Source: an uncultured bacterium
GTDB lineage: Bacteria; Patescibacteriota; Minisyncoccia; Phycocordibacterales; PALSA-1337
DNA: 64,000 nt
Direction: 5' to 3'
Assembly: GCA_963701025.1 (NCBI GenBank)
Contig: OY969557.1
Span: 801,953-865,952 of the forward strand
In this document: piece after piece, positions 28,998-39,799 of the stretch
Layout of the letters: every line of letters starts with the position of its first letter
How positions within the stretch are numbered: the first letter of the stretch is position 1
Position numbers and translations under genes: made by a program
Notes under the pieces: generated by a model
What the model saw: only the letters and a program-made list of their open reading frames with translations
What the model was told of the DNA's origin: nothing
Databases searched by the model: none

Positions 28998-30119
28998 ATG
29001 AGGATCCTCATCGCCAGCGGCATATACCCACCCGACATAGGCGGTCCGGCCCAGTACGCGCGCAACCTCTTCGAGACGTGGAGTAGGCAGGGCCACTCGG
29101 TCAAAGTCGCGGCGTACCGCTGGGAACGCGTCGCGCCGCCGGGGTTTCGTCACCTGCTCTATCTCACCAAGATCATACGCAAGGGCTGGAAGGCTGATCT
29201 CATCCTAGTTCTCGATACCTGGTCGGCGGCCGTACCGACCATGATCGCTTGCGCCCTCATGGGAAAGAAGTACGTCATCCGCACGGGCGGCGATTTCCTA
29301 TGGGAATCGTACATCGAACGGACCGGCGACATGGTACTGTTCAGGGATTTTTACGGCCAGTCCAGCGGGGATTTCCTTTCGAAGCGATGGCCGAAGCTTT
29401 CCCGCAAAGAGCATCTCGTTTTCAGACTGTCAGGAGCCGTCCTGCGGCGCGCCAAGGCCGTAATTTTCAGCACCGAGTGGCAGAAAGGCATATTCGAAAA
29501 GGCCTACGGGCTTGATCCGAAGAGAAGCGCCATCGTCGAGAATTATTGCGGAACGAGGCATGTGTCGCCAGGGACTGAAGATGCGCTAGCCGCGCCCGAA
29601 GACGCGACGTTCGTTCTCGAGGGAAGGGATTTCGTCGCCGGCACGCGCTCTCTCAAGTGGAAGAACATCGACGCCATAAAAGCGTCTTTCGAGGACGCCC
29701 GTGCGGAGGTGAAGCGCCGCGGCTTGGCTGACATACATCTCGACACCGGCAAGGCCGTCTACAACAGTTTCGTGGAAAAGATAAGCCGCTCGTACGCGGT
29801 CATCCTCGCGTCCATAGGCGACATAAGCCCCAACATGATATTCGACGCTATCGCCGCCGGCACGCCATTCATCCTGACCAAAGAAACCGGCATCGCTGAC
29901 CGGGTCAAGGATGCGGCTATTTTCGTTGATCCGCTCGACCGCAGAGACATCGCCGACAAGATCGTCTGGCTTTCCGACCCGGCCAATCGCGCGGCACAGG
30001 CGGAGAAAGTGCGGAAGATAACATTCGTCCATTCATGGGAGGATATCGCCGGGGAGATAGTAAAAATATGGAAGATGGTGGAATCGAAGAAGGCGGAATC
30101 GAAGAAGGCGAGAAAATAA
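28998..30119 (+). CDS. Glycosyltransferase (GT4-like)
   Basis: GT-B architecture; C-terminal nucleotide-sugar binding region. Confidence 0.55.
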   Translation: MRILIASGIYPPDIGGPAQYARNLFETWSRQGHSVKVAAYRWERVAPPGFRHLLYLTKIIRKGWKADLILVLDTWSAAVPTMIACALMGKKYVIRTGGDFLWESYIERTGDMVLFRDFYGQSSGDFLSKRWPKLSRKEHLVFRLSGAVLRRAKAVIFSTEWQKGIFEKAYGLDPKRSAIVENYCGTRHVSPGTEDALAAPEDATFVLEGRDFVAGTRSLKWKNIDAIKASFEDARAEVKRRGLADIHLDTGKAVYNSFVEKISRSYAVILASIGDISPNMIFDAIAAGTPFILTKETGIADRVKDAAIFVDPLDRRDIADKIVWLSDPANRAAQAEKVRKITFVHSWEDIAGEIVKIWKMVESKKAESKKARK

Positions 30120-30120
30120 C

Positions 30121-31203
30121 ATGGTCAAGCGGCTGCTCATGATATCGACCGACCGGAAGATCTTCGACGAAGGGAGCGCCGTTCGCGCCCGCCAGGCCGA
30201 ATACGCTAAGAGCTGGGATGAGGTTCATATAATCGTCTTCTCCGGCAGGGGATTTTTCGAGCAGGCGATAAGCCAGAATTGCTGGGCATACCCGACGCGT
30301 TCTTGGACAAAGTGGCTTTATACTTTTGACGCCATGCGCCTCGGCCGATTCATCGTCGAAAATAAAGGTATAACCGACATCACCTGTCAGGACTCATCGT
30401 TGACGGCTATGGTCGGCGTCTCTCTGAAAAAGAGCGCGGCGAAGCGCGGCAAGGCACTGTCGCTCGAGATCCAGGTCCATGAAGACATCGGCGCGATGCA
30501 TTATGCATTCAATATCTCGAATAGGATTCGCAAAGCTCTAGCTCTTTCATATATTCCCAAGGTTGATCATATTAGGGTCGTTTCCGAAAGGATCAAAAAA
30601 TATATCGAATCGATTCTCCCCGTTTCTGGATTTCTGCCCGTTCGGCAGACAGGATTACCCCGTACTCCTACCATCGAGGTGCGGCCGATCAATGTAGACA
30701 TCGAAGCGGTCAAGAATGCTCCGATCATGACTGGGGCCGATCTTCATAAGAAGTATCCGCAGTTCGATAATATAATCCTCGTCGTCGGGCGGCTCGAGCC
30801 GGAGAAGAATGTCTCTCTGGCAGTGGACGCATTCGCCCTAGTCATGGCTAGGGCGCCGAAGATAGGTCTTATTATAGTGGGTCGCGGGTCGCAATTGAAC
30901 TCATTGAAAGACGCCGCTTCTAGAATCACGCCGCGAAGCTCGATTATCTTTGAAGGTTGGGCCGATAAAGCCACCCTTTATTCATATTACAAGACCGCCG
31001 ATTTGCTCCTTAATACATCTCTTTTTGAAGGCTATGGTATGGCTCTGGTCGAGGCTCATGCGGCGGGATGCCCGATCGTCTCTACGGATGTTGGCGTGGC
31101 GAGGGAAATGAGCGCGACCATCATTGATTGGGATGCACGGAGCGTGGCGGATGGCATTGTCGATGTCCTGGCTCGAATGAGTGGCGCGCGGGCATTGAAA
31201 TGA
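30121..31203 (+). CDS. Glycosyltransferase family 4
   Basis: FEGYGMALVEAHAAGCPIVSTDVG. Confidence 0.65.
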   Translation: MVKRLLMISTDRKIFDEGSAVRARQAEYAKSWDEVHIIVFSGRGFFEQAISQNCWAYPTRSWTKWLYTFDAMRLGRFIVENKGITDITCQDSSLTAMVGVSLKKSAAKRGKALSLEIQVHEDIGAMHYAFNISNRIRKALALSYIPKVDHIRVVSERIKKYIESILPVSGFLPVRQTGLPRTPTIEVRPINVDIEAVKNAPIMTGADLHKKYPQFDNIILVVGRLEPEKNVSLAVDAFALVMARAPKIGLIIVGRGSQLNSLKDAASRITPRSSIIFEGWADKATLYSYYKTADLLLNTSLFEGYGMALVEAHAAGCPIVSTDVGVAREMSATIIDWDARSVADGIVDVLARMSGARALK

Positions 31204-31204
31204 T

Positions 31205-32317
31205 ATGAAACTGCTCATCATCACCCAGAAGGCCGATATCAACGATCCGATACTCGGCTTTTTCCATCGTTGGATAGAGGAGTTCTCCAGGAATTTCGAA
31301 GCGGTCACGGTCATATGCCTGGAGGAAGGTCGGCATGAGCTTCCGGCGAACGTGAAAGTCTTGTCGCTGGGAAAAGAGAAAGCTCCGAAATCCAAAGCGA
31401 CGGGCAGATTTTTATACACAGTTAGATTTTTCCGGCATATATGGCGCGAGAGGAAGAATTATGACGCGGTGTTCGTGCATATGAATCCTATATACGCGGT
31501 CGGGGGTGGCTGGTTCTGGAAGATGTCTGGAAAAAAGATCGCCCTCTGGTACACACACAGGGCGGTTGACGTCAAATTACGCGTGGCGGAAAAATTCGCC
31601 GACGTCATTTTCACGGCCTCGGCGGAGGGTCTCACCCTGAAGACGGCAAAAAAACGGGTAGTGGGTCACGGTATCGACGTGGAACGGTACACTTCCGCGC
31701 GACACGCTTCCGAGGCGCGAATGAAGCGACTCGGCACCGAACCGATTTCCATCATCAGCGTCGGCCGCATTACGCCCATAAAGAACTGCGACACGCTCGT
31801 CGAAGCCGCGCGCGTTTTGAAAGAGAAATATGGTGCACGATTCACCGTGACCTTTATCGGCTCTTCGGTCACGGCTGGCGATAGGGGATATTCGGCCAAA
31901 GTAAAAAGCCTGGTGGAAAAATACGCTTTGGGAAGCATCGTCTCATTCGCCGGCGATATGAAACCGGTAGACATGCCCGCCGCGTACGCCTCTGCCGACA
32001 TTTCCATAAATCTCACCCCGACCGGCGGTCTCGACAAAGCTGTTCTCGAATCGATGGCCGCGGGCGTTCCGGTCTTGACCTCGAACGCGGCCTTCAAGAG
32101 CTACTTCGAATCCGCGTCGGCGGGTCTCGCGGATAAGCTCATATTCAGGGAACGCGACGCGAAAGATCTGGCGGAGAAGATCGCCGCTCTGTTCGGCCCG
32201 ACCCTGCGCAAGGATAACCTGCGGGACATCGGGCTTGCCCTTCAGAAGACGGTGAGAGAGAAAGCGGATGTCGGCGTTCTCATCGATAAGATCAGTGAAA
32301 GCATTAAAAATATATGA
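31205..32317 (+). CDS. Glycosyltransferase family 4
   Basis: GGLDKAVLESMAAGVPVLTS. Confidence 0.65.
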   Translation: MKLLIITQKADINDPILGFFHRWIEEFSRNFEAVTVICLEEGRHELPANVKVLSLGKEKAPKSKATGRFLYTVRFFRHIWRERKNYDAVFVHMNPIYAVGGGWFWKMSGKKIALWYTHRAVDVKLRVAEKFADVIFTASAEGLTLKTAKKRVVGHGIDVERYTSARHASEARMKRLGTEPISIISVGRITPIKNCDTLVEAARVLKEKYGARFTVTFIGSSVTAGDRGYSAKVKSLVEKYALGSIVSFAGDMKPVDMPAAYASADISINLTPTGGLDKAVLESMAAGVPVLTSNAAFKSYFESASAGLADKLIFRERDAKDLAEKIAALFGPTLRKDNLRDIGLALQKTVREKADVGVLIDKISESIKNI

Positions 32318-33393
32318 TTTATAATATCTATTCCATACCGTATGAGATGCGCGGTTCGAAATATCTTGATCTACTTAAAAAAAGTATAGAAGACGGTATA
32401 CAGAAGGATACAGTCTTCAAAGTCAAAAGATTCTCTTGGAAAGAGCTTTTATTCGTAGCACGCGCTCCTAGCGAACGTCGCTTGGTGCAGATCCATTGGG
32501 AGACGAACATATATGGTAGCGAGTACGCGCTCGTCTCCCTCATACGGATGGCCTATCGATTTCCAGGCCTGCTTCTGTTGAAGCTTCGCGGAGTCAAGAT
32601 CGTCTGGACTATCCACAACCTCTCCGCCCACGATTACCCGCACCCATGGATAGATTCCATGGGAAGATCTCTCATGTGGCATATAGTTGACGCAGTAACT
32701 ATACAGCAAAAGAGATTTGCCGAGATTAAAAAAAAAGAGAGGAAAGGTCAAAAGTCGCCGCACATATATTATATACCCCATCCGAACTTCGTGGGAGTGT
32801 TCGGTCCGCCGTGGACTGGCGATAGGAAAAAGCTCCGCACCAAGCACGGTATAAGTCCAACGAGCATAGTCCTCTTAGCCTTTGGCAGCGTTCGTCCTTA
32901 CAAGGAATTGCCCACACTCATAGATGCAGTCACGGTTGCGCGCGGGAAGGGAGCTGATGTCGTTCTCCTTATTGCCGGTAAAGCGACCGAAGAATATGGC
33001 CAGGAAATATTGAAAAAATCCTATGGTAATCCGGCAGTCATAGCAAGGTTGGGCTTCGTGAACGACGCTGAAGTCCCAGAATTCATGGCCCTGAGCGACT
33101 ACTCGGCCCTTTATTACTCGGATTCATCCCTCAATTCCGGTCCTCTTCTCGTATCCTTATCTTACGGCATACCTGTCATAACCAGAGATATGCCGGCATC
33201 AGAGATCATTGTATCCGGCACAAACGGCCTTGTCTTCCATGATGAGCGTGAACTCATTAAGATTCTGCTCAACCTTAGTACAGTTCACATTTCCGGTAGA
33301 GATGATATCATCAGGACGTCCGGTCCGGATTGGCTGACTATGGCGGTAGAGCTTCGACGAGCGTATGTCGAGCTTTGGCAGGATCGGCCGTAA
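32314..33393 (+). CDS. Glycosyltransferase (GT4-like)
   Basis: GT-B fold with a C-terminal GTNGLV motif region. Confidence 0.5.
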   Translation: MIYNIYSIPYEMRGSKYLDLLKKSIEDGIQKDTVFKVKRFSWKELLFVARAPSERRLVQIHWETNIYGSEYALVSLIRMAYRFPGLLLLKLRGVKIVWTIHNLSAHDYPHPWIDSMGRSLMWHIVDAVTIQQKRFAEIKKKERKGQKSPHIYYIPHPNFVGVFGPPWTGDRKKLRTKHGISPTSIVLLAFGSVRPYKELPTLIDAVTVARGKGADVVLLIAGKATEEYGQEILKKSYGNPAVIARLGFVNDAEVPEFMALSDYSALYYSDSSLNSGPLLVSLSYGIPVITRDMPASEIIVSGTNGLVFHDERELIKILLNLSTVHISGRDDIIRTSGPDWLTMAVELRRAYVELWQDRP

Positions 33394-33400
33394 TACATGC

Positions 33401-34435
33401 ATGAAATATCCATTATCAGAATTAATCGACCGCTATTCCATTTTGCATCTGAAGGTGAAACGATTGCCTGAAGATAAAGCCGTCCTGGCCGAATACGAGA
33501 AGTTCAGGAAGGCTATCGATGAATTCGGTGTCCAATGCGACGAGTTCGTGCAAGCCATGATCCAGGCGAACGGCAGGATCTGGGATCTTGAGTTCGACAT
33601 ACGCAACGGCAAGGATCTTCCTTTGGAAGAGGTCGGCAGGAGGGCCTTGCGGATACGCGAGATAAACGGCGAACGGATTGCCATCAAGAATCAGATTGCC
33701 AAAAAGTTCGGCGGTTTTCAAGAGATCAAGGTCGGTCACCACAGCTCTCGGCCCAAACAGACGGGATTTTTCGCCCGAGTGTTTCGGTTCGTCAAGGCTC
33801 GCTATGCTCCTCGCGGGGCCCGGTTGACTTATTCCCAATCAGGTGAGGACTTGACTATGCACGATATATTACTCAATGCAGAGATAAAAAAAGCCCGGTA
33901 TGTTGATATTGGTGCCCATCATCCGATTTTTGGCAATAACACTTATCTTTTCTATAGGAAAGGAGGTTTGGGAGTCCTCGTAGAGCCCAATCCAGACATG
34001 TGCCAGCTCATTAGGAAGCTTCGGCCGCGGGATATATGTGTCAATGCTGGCGCTGGAGCACGGAACGGTAAAGCTAATTTCTTCGTCTTTCCTCAAAGCA
34101 CCCGTAGCACCTTCTCCGCAGATCAGGCTTCATCCTGGGAGAAGTCTTCCGGACAACGATTCACCAATGAGAAACGCGATATCATCACCCTCGATACCAT
34201 CATACAGGATCATTTCCACGGCGATGCACCGGACATCATATCGATCGATGCGGAAGGCCTCGATGCAGAGATACTATCTGGATTCAGCTGGAAGGTCAGG
34301 CCGAAGATATTTTGCGTCGAATCTGGCGGCATGGCTGAAGCCGTCATGGAAGCCCACGACTATGTATTGAAAGCGAGGATATTTCAGAATGTTATCTTCG
34401 TGGATAAGGGATTCTTCGATAAGAAAAGATCATGA
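33401..34435 (+). CDS. FkbM-family methyltransferase
   Basis: C-terminal ISIDAEGLDAEILSG FkbM signature; the ORF may start at 33365. Confidence 0.55.
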   Translation: MKYPLSELIDRYSILHLKVKRLPEDKAVLAEYEKFRKAIDEFGVQCDEFVQAMIQANGRIWDLEFDIRNGKDLPLEEVGRRALRIREINGERIAIKNQIAKKFGGFQEIKVGHHSSRPKQTGFFARVFRFVKARYAPRGARLTYSQSGEDLTMHDILLNAEIKKARYVDIGAHHPIFGNNTYLFYRKGGLGVLVEPNPDMCQLIRKLRPRDICVNAGAGARNGKANFFVFPQSTRSTFSADQASSWEKSSGQRFTNEKRDIITLDTIIQDHFHGDAPDIISIDAEGLDAEILSGFSWKVRPKIFCVESGGMAEAVMEAHDYVLKARIFQNVIFVDKGFFDKKRS

Positions 34436-35226
34436 AGCTCGCGGCTATCCTGCGCATCAAGGATCAGATCCTTACCATAGACGAATGCATGTCCAAGCTC
34501 TCAACGATAGCGGACGATATCATCGTGGTCGACAACGGCTCGACTGACGGGACTCTCGATGCCTATGGCGCATATCCAAAGATAAGAAAGGTCCTCCATA
34601 CTGTTGGTTTCGACGAAGGCAGAGATAAGATCATGGTTCTCAATGAAGCCAAGAAGCTCGACCCGGAATGGATCCTCTGGATAGACGCCGATGAGATATT
34701 CGAGAAGCATTTCACCAGGGAGATCGCCGAAAGATACATGCGATCAAAGTATAATCGCGTCGTCTTTCGCATGTGTAATTTTTGGCTCGACCGAGTGCAT
34801 TGCCGCTATGATGGGCCATATTATCTATATACCCTTCATCCACAGAGAAGCATGTGGAGGAATATGCCGTCGGCCTATTTCATAGACAAAAAGATCCATA
34901 ACGGCGATATCCGGGGTGTGCCGGGAAAAACATTCATTTCTGCCTACCGTCTCAAGCATTACGGCTATTCCGATCCGGAGAAGATGCGGCAGAAGAGGGA
35001 ACTCTATATGAAAACGGATCCCAACGGCAGCCGCGATTATCCGGACCTTGACCCGAATAAGCCATTCAAGTCTTTCGTGTTCAGAGAATTCCAGTCGCCC
35101 ATTCTCAATGATGCGTATATACTGTTCTACAAGTACGCGTGCAATATCGTTTGGCTCGTCCTACGGGTCCGGTTGAAATTGGAAAAGATCCTTTCTCGCC
35201 GCGCCTTTCACATAAAACCATCATGA
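34432..35226 (+). CDS. Glycosyltransferase family 2
   Basis: IIVVDNGSTDGT and DADE (DxD). Confidence 0.65.
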   Translation: MKLAAILRIKDQILTIDECMSKLSTIADDIIVVDNGSTDGTLDAYGAYPKIRKVLHTVGFDEGRDKIMVLNEAKKLDPEWILWIDADEIFEKHFTREIAERYMRSKYNRVVFRMCNFWLDRVHCRYDGPYYLYTLHPQRSMWRNMPSAYFIDKKIHNGDIRGVPGKTFISAYRLKHYGYSDPEKMRQKRELYMKTDPNGSRDYPDLDPNKPFKSFVFREFQSPILNDAYILFYKYACNIVWLVLRVRLKLEKILSRRAFHIKPS

Positions 35227-36122
35227 AGCCCCTCTGCCACATCTGCTCGACTCCGGCTGATTTCCTCATGAACAAGGACGGTTTCGACGAATATTCCTGT
35301 CCATACTGCGGGCTCTCGTTCGTATTCCCGCAACCGACGGCCGAATGGTTGAAAGATCACGTATACTCCTACGAATCCGGATATCAGGGTAATAAGCGGC
35401 CGGATCTCTCGGTTACGTCTCCAAATGAGCGGACGGGCAAAGCTCTTGACTTCCTTGTTCGGACGAAGCCCGGAGGCGTCCTGCTCGATGTCGGCTGTTC
35501 CAACGGCCAGCTCATGTACTGGGCGAAACAGAGAGGATTCTCTCCGAGCGGCGTCGAGATCAACAAGCGCACCGCGGATATGGCCGCCGACAATGGATTC
35601 CAGATATATCATGGATTTTTGGAAACATGTCCATTCAAAAGAGGGAGCTTCGACGCCATATATCTCGGCGACGTTATCGAGCATGCCAACAGTCCGCGCG
35701 ATCTCATACGGACCTGCGCGAGCTTCCTCAAGAGGGACGGCGTCATCGCCATATCGACGCCCAATGTCGACTGCTGGTGGTCTAAGGCGATACTCGTCCT
35801 CTATAAAATATTCGGCATACCGTGGTCGTCGGCCACGCCGCCACATCACCTGTTCCAGTTCAATTCCGGTAATCTGACCATGCTCATGGCTGAACAGGGC
35901 TTCAAGCCGGTTCGGATCATATTCACCGGACCGTCCAGTCTGCGCTATGAGCTCGGCTCGCTCCATCTTTTTGGCGCTTTGAAAAAACACAAGACTATCG
36001 GAAACCTCTTTTTCATGCTATTTTCCTTCAGCACCTACGCTCTCGTCTATGCCATATCAAGGGTCGTCGGTCCATTCCTGAAAAAGCGCTTCGAAATGGT
36101 TGTGATATATACACGAACATGA
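35223..36122 (+). CDS. Class I SAM-dependent methyltransferase with N-terminal Cys4
   Basis: LLDVGCSNG motif I. ATGA overlap with the upstream gene. Confidence 0.6.
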   Translation: MKPLCHICSTPADFLMNKDGFDEYSCPYCGLSFVFPQPTAEWLKDHVYSYESGYQGNKRPDLSVTSPNERTGKALDFLVRTKPGGVLLDVGCSNGQLMYWAKQRGFSPSGVEINKRTADMAADNGFQIYHGFLETCPFKRGSFDAIYLGDVIEHANSPRDLIRTCASFLKRDGVIAISTPNVDCWWSKAILVLYKIFGIPWSSATPPHHLFQFNSGNLTMLMAEQGFKPVRIIFTGPSSLRYELGSLHLFGALKKHKTIGNLFFMLFSFSTYALVYAISRVVGPFLKKRFEMVVIYTRT

Positions 36123-36898
36123 AAGATCGTCTCTCAATGAAAAACCCCGCCCCCGTCTCCAATGCGGAACAGTACAGATCCAATGCGGACCGCTATAGCC
36201 GCGAATGGTTCGAAAAACAGCAGAAGGGTGCCTTGACGTCAGCCGAGATCATCCTGCCTATCGTCATCGACATGGTCTCGCCCAGATCGGTCGTCGATGT
36301 CGGCTGCGGCGTCGGCGCATGGCTTGAATTCTTCTTGAAGAATGGCGTGAGCGACATTCTCGGCGTTGACGGCCATTGGGTGGACGCGTCGCAATTGCGC
36401 ATATCGACACGATCATTTAGGAAAGTAGATATCAGTAAGCCATTTATCGTCGGTAAGAAAGCCGACTTGGCGATATGTCTCGAAGTAGGCGAGCATCTCG
36501 ACGGTTCCGCAGCGGAAAGCCTAGTCAGCGCTCTAGTTGAGGTCGCCCCCGTCGTCCTCTTTTCCGCCGCCATACCGAGCCAGCCGGGGACCGGACATGT
36601 GAACGGCCAATGGCCGGAATATTGGGCCGCACTTTTCAAGAAACATGGATATGTTCCGGTTGACTGCATCCGTAGGAGAGTCTGGATGAATCCGGCCGTC
36701 GAATATTGGTATGCACAGAACGCTCTCATCTATGTGAAGGAAAGCGAGCTCGGCGGATATCCCAAGCTCGCGAAAGAGGTCGAATGCGGATATTCCCAGG
36801 CGCTTCCCCTAGTACACCCGAGGAGATATTATTACGCTCTCAAACCGCCGTCGACGATCATGTTCAGGATCGTAAGGAAATTGAAGTCGATATGGTAA
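36119..36898 (+). CDS. Class I SAM-dependent methyltransferase
   Basis: VVDVGCGVGAW. Confidence 0.6.
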   Translation: MKDRLSMKNPAPVSNAEQYRSNADRYSREWFEKQQKGALTSAEIILPIVIDMVSPRSVVDVGCGVGAWLEFFLKNGVSDILGVDGHWVDASQLRISTRSFRKVDISKPFIVGKKADLAICLEVGEHLDGSAAESLVSALVEVAPVVLFSAAIPSQPGTGHVNGQWPEYWAALFKKHGYVPVDCIRRRVWMNPAVEYWYAQNALIYVKESELGGYPKLAKEVECGYSQALPLVHPRRYYYALKPPSTIMFRIVRKLKSIW

Positions 36899-36995
36899 TA
36901 CCCATGTCATGAAGAGTTCGCGTGATGAATTCTCCGAAACACTGATATAATGTTTTTATTGTAAGATTACTGTTATTAGTATTGAGCCATCATTA

Positions 36996-37937
36996 ATGCC
37001 ATCCGAGGACATAGTCGCATATCTGAAGAGATGCTTTTTTACGAGAGCCTTTTTCCATCGTGACCCATTGAGGCATCGCATAGCTGCTTTTACGGCTTGT
37101 AGGGAAAAAGCCTTTTCCGTGCGCGAGCTTCTTATCCTGTTATTGCCGACGAGGCTTATGTCGGTCAAAAAGGCCTTGCTGGAACGATATTATGTATATA
37201 TGCGCAGAAAATCAAGAGCAGAAACGGAGAGATACGCGCCGAATAACGGCGCTTTCAATCTGTTCGGCCAGAGCTTTTCATACCCCGATCAATCCGAGGC
37301 GGTCGTCCTCATAGACCAGATCATATCTTCCGATCAATATCAAGCGAGGCAATTCATTAAAAAAGACACCATCGTCATAGACGCCGGGGCTAATATCGGT
37401 GTCTTTGCTATATTCGCCGCCGCCTTGGCGCCCGCGGGCCGTGTATTCGCCTTCGAACCGGCAAAGAAGACATTCGATCTTCTCAAACGCAATACGGCGC
37501 CGTACGCGCAGATTGTCTGTCTCTCATCTGCTCTTGGGGTCGAGCGTTCCAGGAAGAATATCCTAGTTAGGGAAGGCACATCTGCGGAGAACATAATGGA
37601 AGATAGCCCGATGTTCGACCGAGGAGGAAATTCAAAAGGCGTGTGGGAAAAGGTCGATATGACGACCATAGACTCGTTCGTGTCGGAGAAAGGCCTGCCG
37701 CGGGTCGATTTCATAAAGATCGACAGTGAAGGATACGAGGCGAACATATTGCGCGGAGCCGAGAAGACGATACGAATCTTCGAACCAGTTATCGCCATGT
37801 CCGCGTATCATAACCGCGGTGACAAGGAAGAATTGCCTCGTATACTCAAAAAGATCGATGATAAATACGAATGCAAGCTCTATACCGATTGCGAACAGGA
37901 TCTCGTCTGCCGCGTTCCGTCGCGCGCATCTCTATGA
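36996..37937 (+). CDS. FkbM-family methyltransferase; start uncertain
   Basis: IDAGANIGVF and IKIDSEGYEANIL. Confidence 0.55.
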   Translation: MPSEDIVAYLKRCFFTRAFFHRDPLRHRIAAFTACREKAFSVRELLILLLPTRLMSVKKALLERYYVYMRRKSRAETERYAPNNGAFNLFGQSFSYPDQSEAVVLIDQIISSDQYQARQFIKKDTIVIDAGANIGVFAIFAAALAPAGRVFAFEPAKKTFDLLKRNTAPYAQIVCLSSALGVERSRKNILVREGTSAENIMEDSPMFDRGGNSKGVWEKVDMTTIDSFVSEKGLPRVDFIKIDSEGYEANILRGAEKTIRIFEPVIAMSAYHNRGDKEELPRILKKIDDKYECKLYTDCEQDLVCRVPSRASL

Positions 37938-39799
37938 AGATATTATATCTTGCCAACATACGTCTGCCGACGCAAAGGGCCCACGGTGTGCAGATCATGG
38001 AAACCTGCGCCGCCATGGCCGCGGCAGGCCATGAGGTCACGCTCGCCGTATCCTCTTGGAAATCTGACGATGAGGACGCAATATTTTCTTACTATAATCT
38101 GCCAAAAAGCTTCGCTATAGTAAAGGTTGCCGGAGTCGGGCTCGTATCGTGGGGTAGAGTCGGCTTCTTCGCGAGATCTTTGCTTTTTTCCCTGAATGTG
38201 CGCAGAACGATTGATACCGGTCTATATGACGCAGTCTACACCCGTGATGAGTCGCTCGTGCGGCGCGGCTTTTTCTATGAGATCCATGATGTGCGCAGGG
38301 GTTCGTTTCAGCGTCATGCTCTCGCTCGTGCGGCTGGCATCGTGGCCATCACTCGCGGATTGGCGGACTATTGCCGTTCGGCAGGCGTCGGAGAGGATAG
38401 GCTGATAGTAGCCCCCGGCGGCGTCGATATTTCGAAATTCGATGTTCCGGAAGGTAAGGAAGCATGCCGTGCCAAGCTCGGCCTGCCTTCAGACGGCAAG
38501 ATCGTCCTCTATCTGGGTCATTTATTCTCTTGGAAAGGAGCCAGTATGTTAACGGAGGCCGCCTCATTGATCTCCGGTAAAGTGTCATTTCTATTTGTAG
38601 GTGGCACGGATTCAGATGTCTCGTTATTCAACGGCAGATTTGGCTCTGATCATCGCATCAAGCTCGTTGGCTATCAGCCGCGCTCCCGTGTACCGTATTA
38701 TATGCGCGCCGCCGACGTCTTGGTCTTGCCGAATAGCGGGAGAGAGGCCGTCTCGCGCCTCTATACGTCGCCGATGAAGATTTTCGAATACATGGCCAGC
38801 GGCACACCCATCGTCGCTTCCGACCTGCCCTCCTTGCGGGAGATACTGGACGGATCGAATGCCGTCTTGGCGGCGCCGGATGATCCCAAAGATCTCGCCA
38901 GAAACATAACCAGACTTATCGGCGATCCTGGTCTGGCCGGAAAGATATCGGAAAAAGCGAGGACGGACGTAGAACGATACACATGGTCGGCTCGAGTCTC
39001 GAGCATTATCGCTCTAATGAAAGACCGTCGTCCGGCGCTCAAAGACACCGCTTTCTATAATAAGGCGAGCGATACATATTCGAGTCGGCGTTATCCGGAG
39101 AAAAGCACTGATTACAATCATTTCTTCTTCAAGCGGCGCTTGGATGTAGTGATCGATATCTTGGAAGACGTCGTACCGCGGATGCAGAACCCTTCGCTTC
39201 TCGAGGTCGGCTGTGCCGATGGGGTGGTCTTGAGACGGGTCTTCGAGAAATTCGGCATGGGCATATCTTCATATGCTGGCATAGACATCGCTCCGCGCAT
39301 GATAGAGGTCGCCCATAAAAAGCATGCCGGTACCCCGCTTAGATTCTCGATACGCGATCCGAAAAAATGTTTCGGCGGCAAGGGTGGGAGCAGTTGGGAT
39401 ATCCTGATCGAGATCGGTGTGCTCAACTATGCCGACTTTGATCTGGAAATAGAGTGCGTAGAGCGGTCTCTTTCTGTTGCAGGTTACTACATCTGTTCCG
39501 TTGCCGGGAATGGCTCGCTTTGGGACCGCCTAGTCAGGGTCGACAAAAGATTCGAGAATTTCATGTCATATGCGGAATATGAAACGAAGATCCGTCGGTC
39601 ATTTGATATCGTGCGAGCGTATCCAGTCGGCCTTTATCTGCCCAAACTTTGGCGCGTACCAGCCATAGCGAGAATTATGCAACCGATATCTGAATCATGT
39701 ATTAGGCCGTTCTTACCGGGGTTGTTCCATGAGAAAGTCTATCTCCTGAAACGGTTTTCTCGTCCATCTCTCATATCTGTATCCAGCCATCGGGGATGA
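37934..39799 (+). CDS. Bifunctional GT4 glycosyltransferase / SAM methyltransferase fusion
   Basis: N-terminal GT4 region and C-terminal LLEVGCADGVV methyltransferase motif. Confidence 0.6.
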   Translation: MKILYLANIRLPTQRAHGVQIMETCAAMAAAGHEVTLAVSSWKSDDEDAIFSYYNLPKSFAIVKVAGVGLVSWGRVGFFARSLLFSLNVRRTIDTGLYDAVYTRDESLVRRGFFYEIHDVRRGSFQRHALARAAGIVAITRGLADYCRSAGVGEDRLIVAPGGVDISKFDVPEGKEACRAKLGLPSDGKIVLYLGHLFSWKGASMLTEAASLISGKVSFLFVGGTDSDVSLFNGRFGSDHRIKLVGYQPRSRVPYYMRAADVLVLPNSGREAVSRLYTSPMKIFEYMASGTPIVASDLPSLREILDGSNAVLAAPDDPKDLARNITRLIGDPGLAGKISEKARTDVERYTWSARVSSIIALMKDRRPALKDTAFYNKASDTYSSRRYPEKSTDYNHFFFKRRLDVVIDILEDVVPRMQNPSLLEVGCADGVVLRRVFEKFGMGISSYAGIDIAPRMIEVAHKKHAGTPLRFSIRDPKKCFGGKGGSSWDILIEIGVLNYADFDLEIECVERSLSVAGYYICSVAGNGSLWDRLVRVDKRFENFMSYAEYETKIRRSFDIVRAYPVGLYLPKLWRVPAIARIMQPISESCIRPFLPGLFHEKVYLLKRFSRPSLISVSSHRG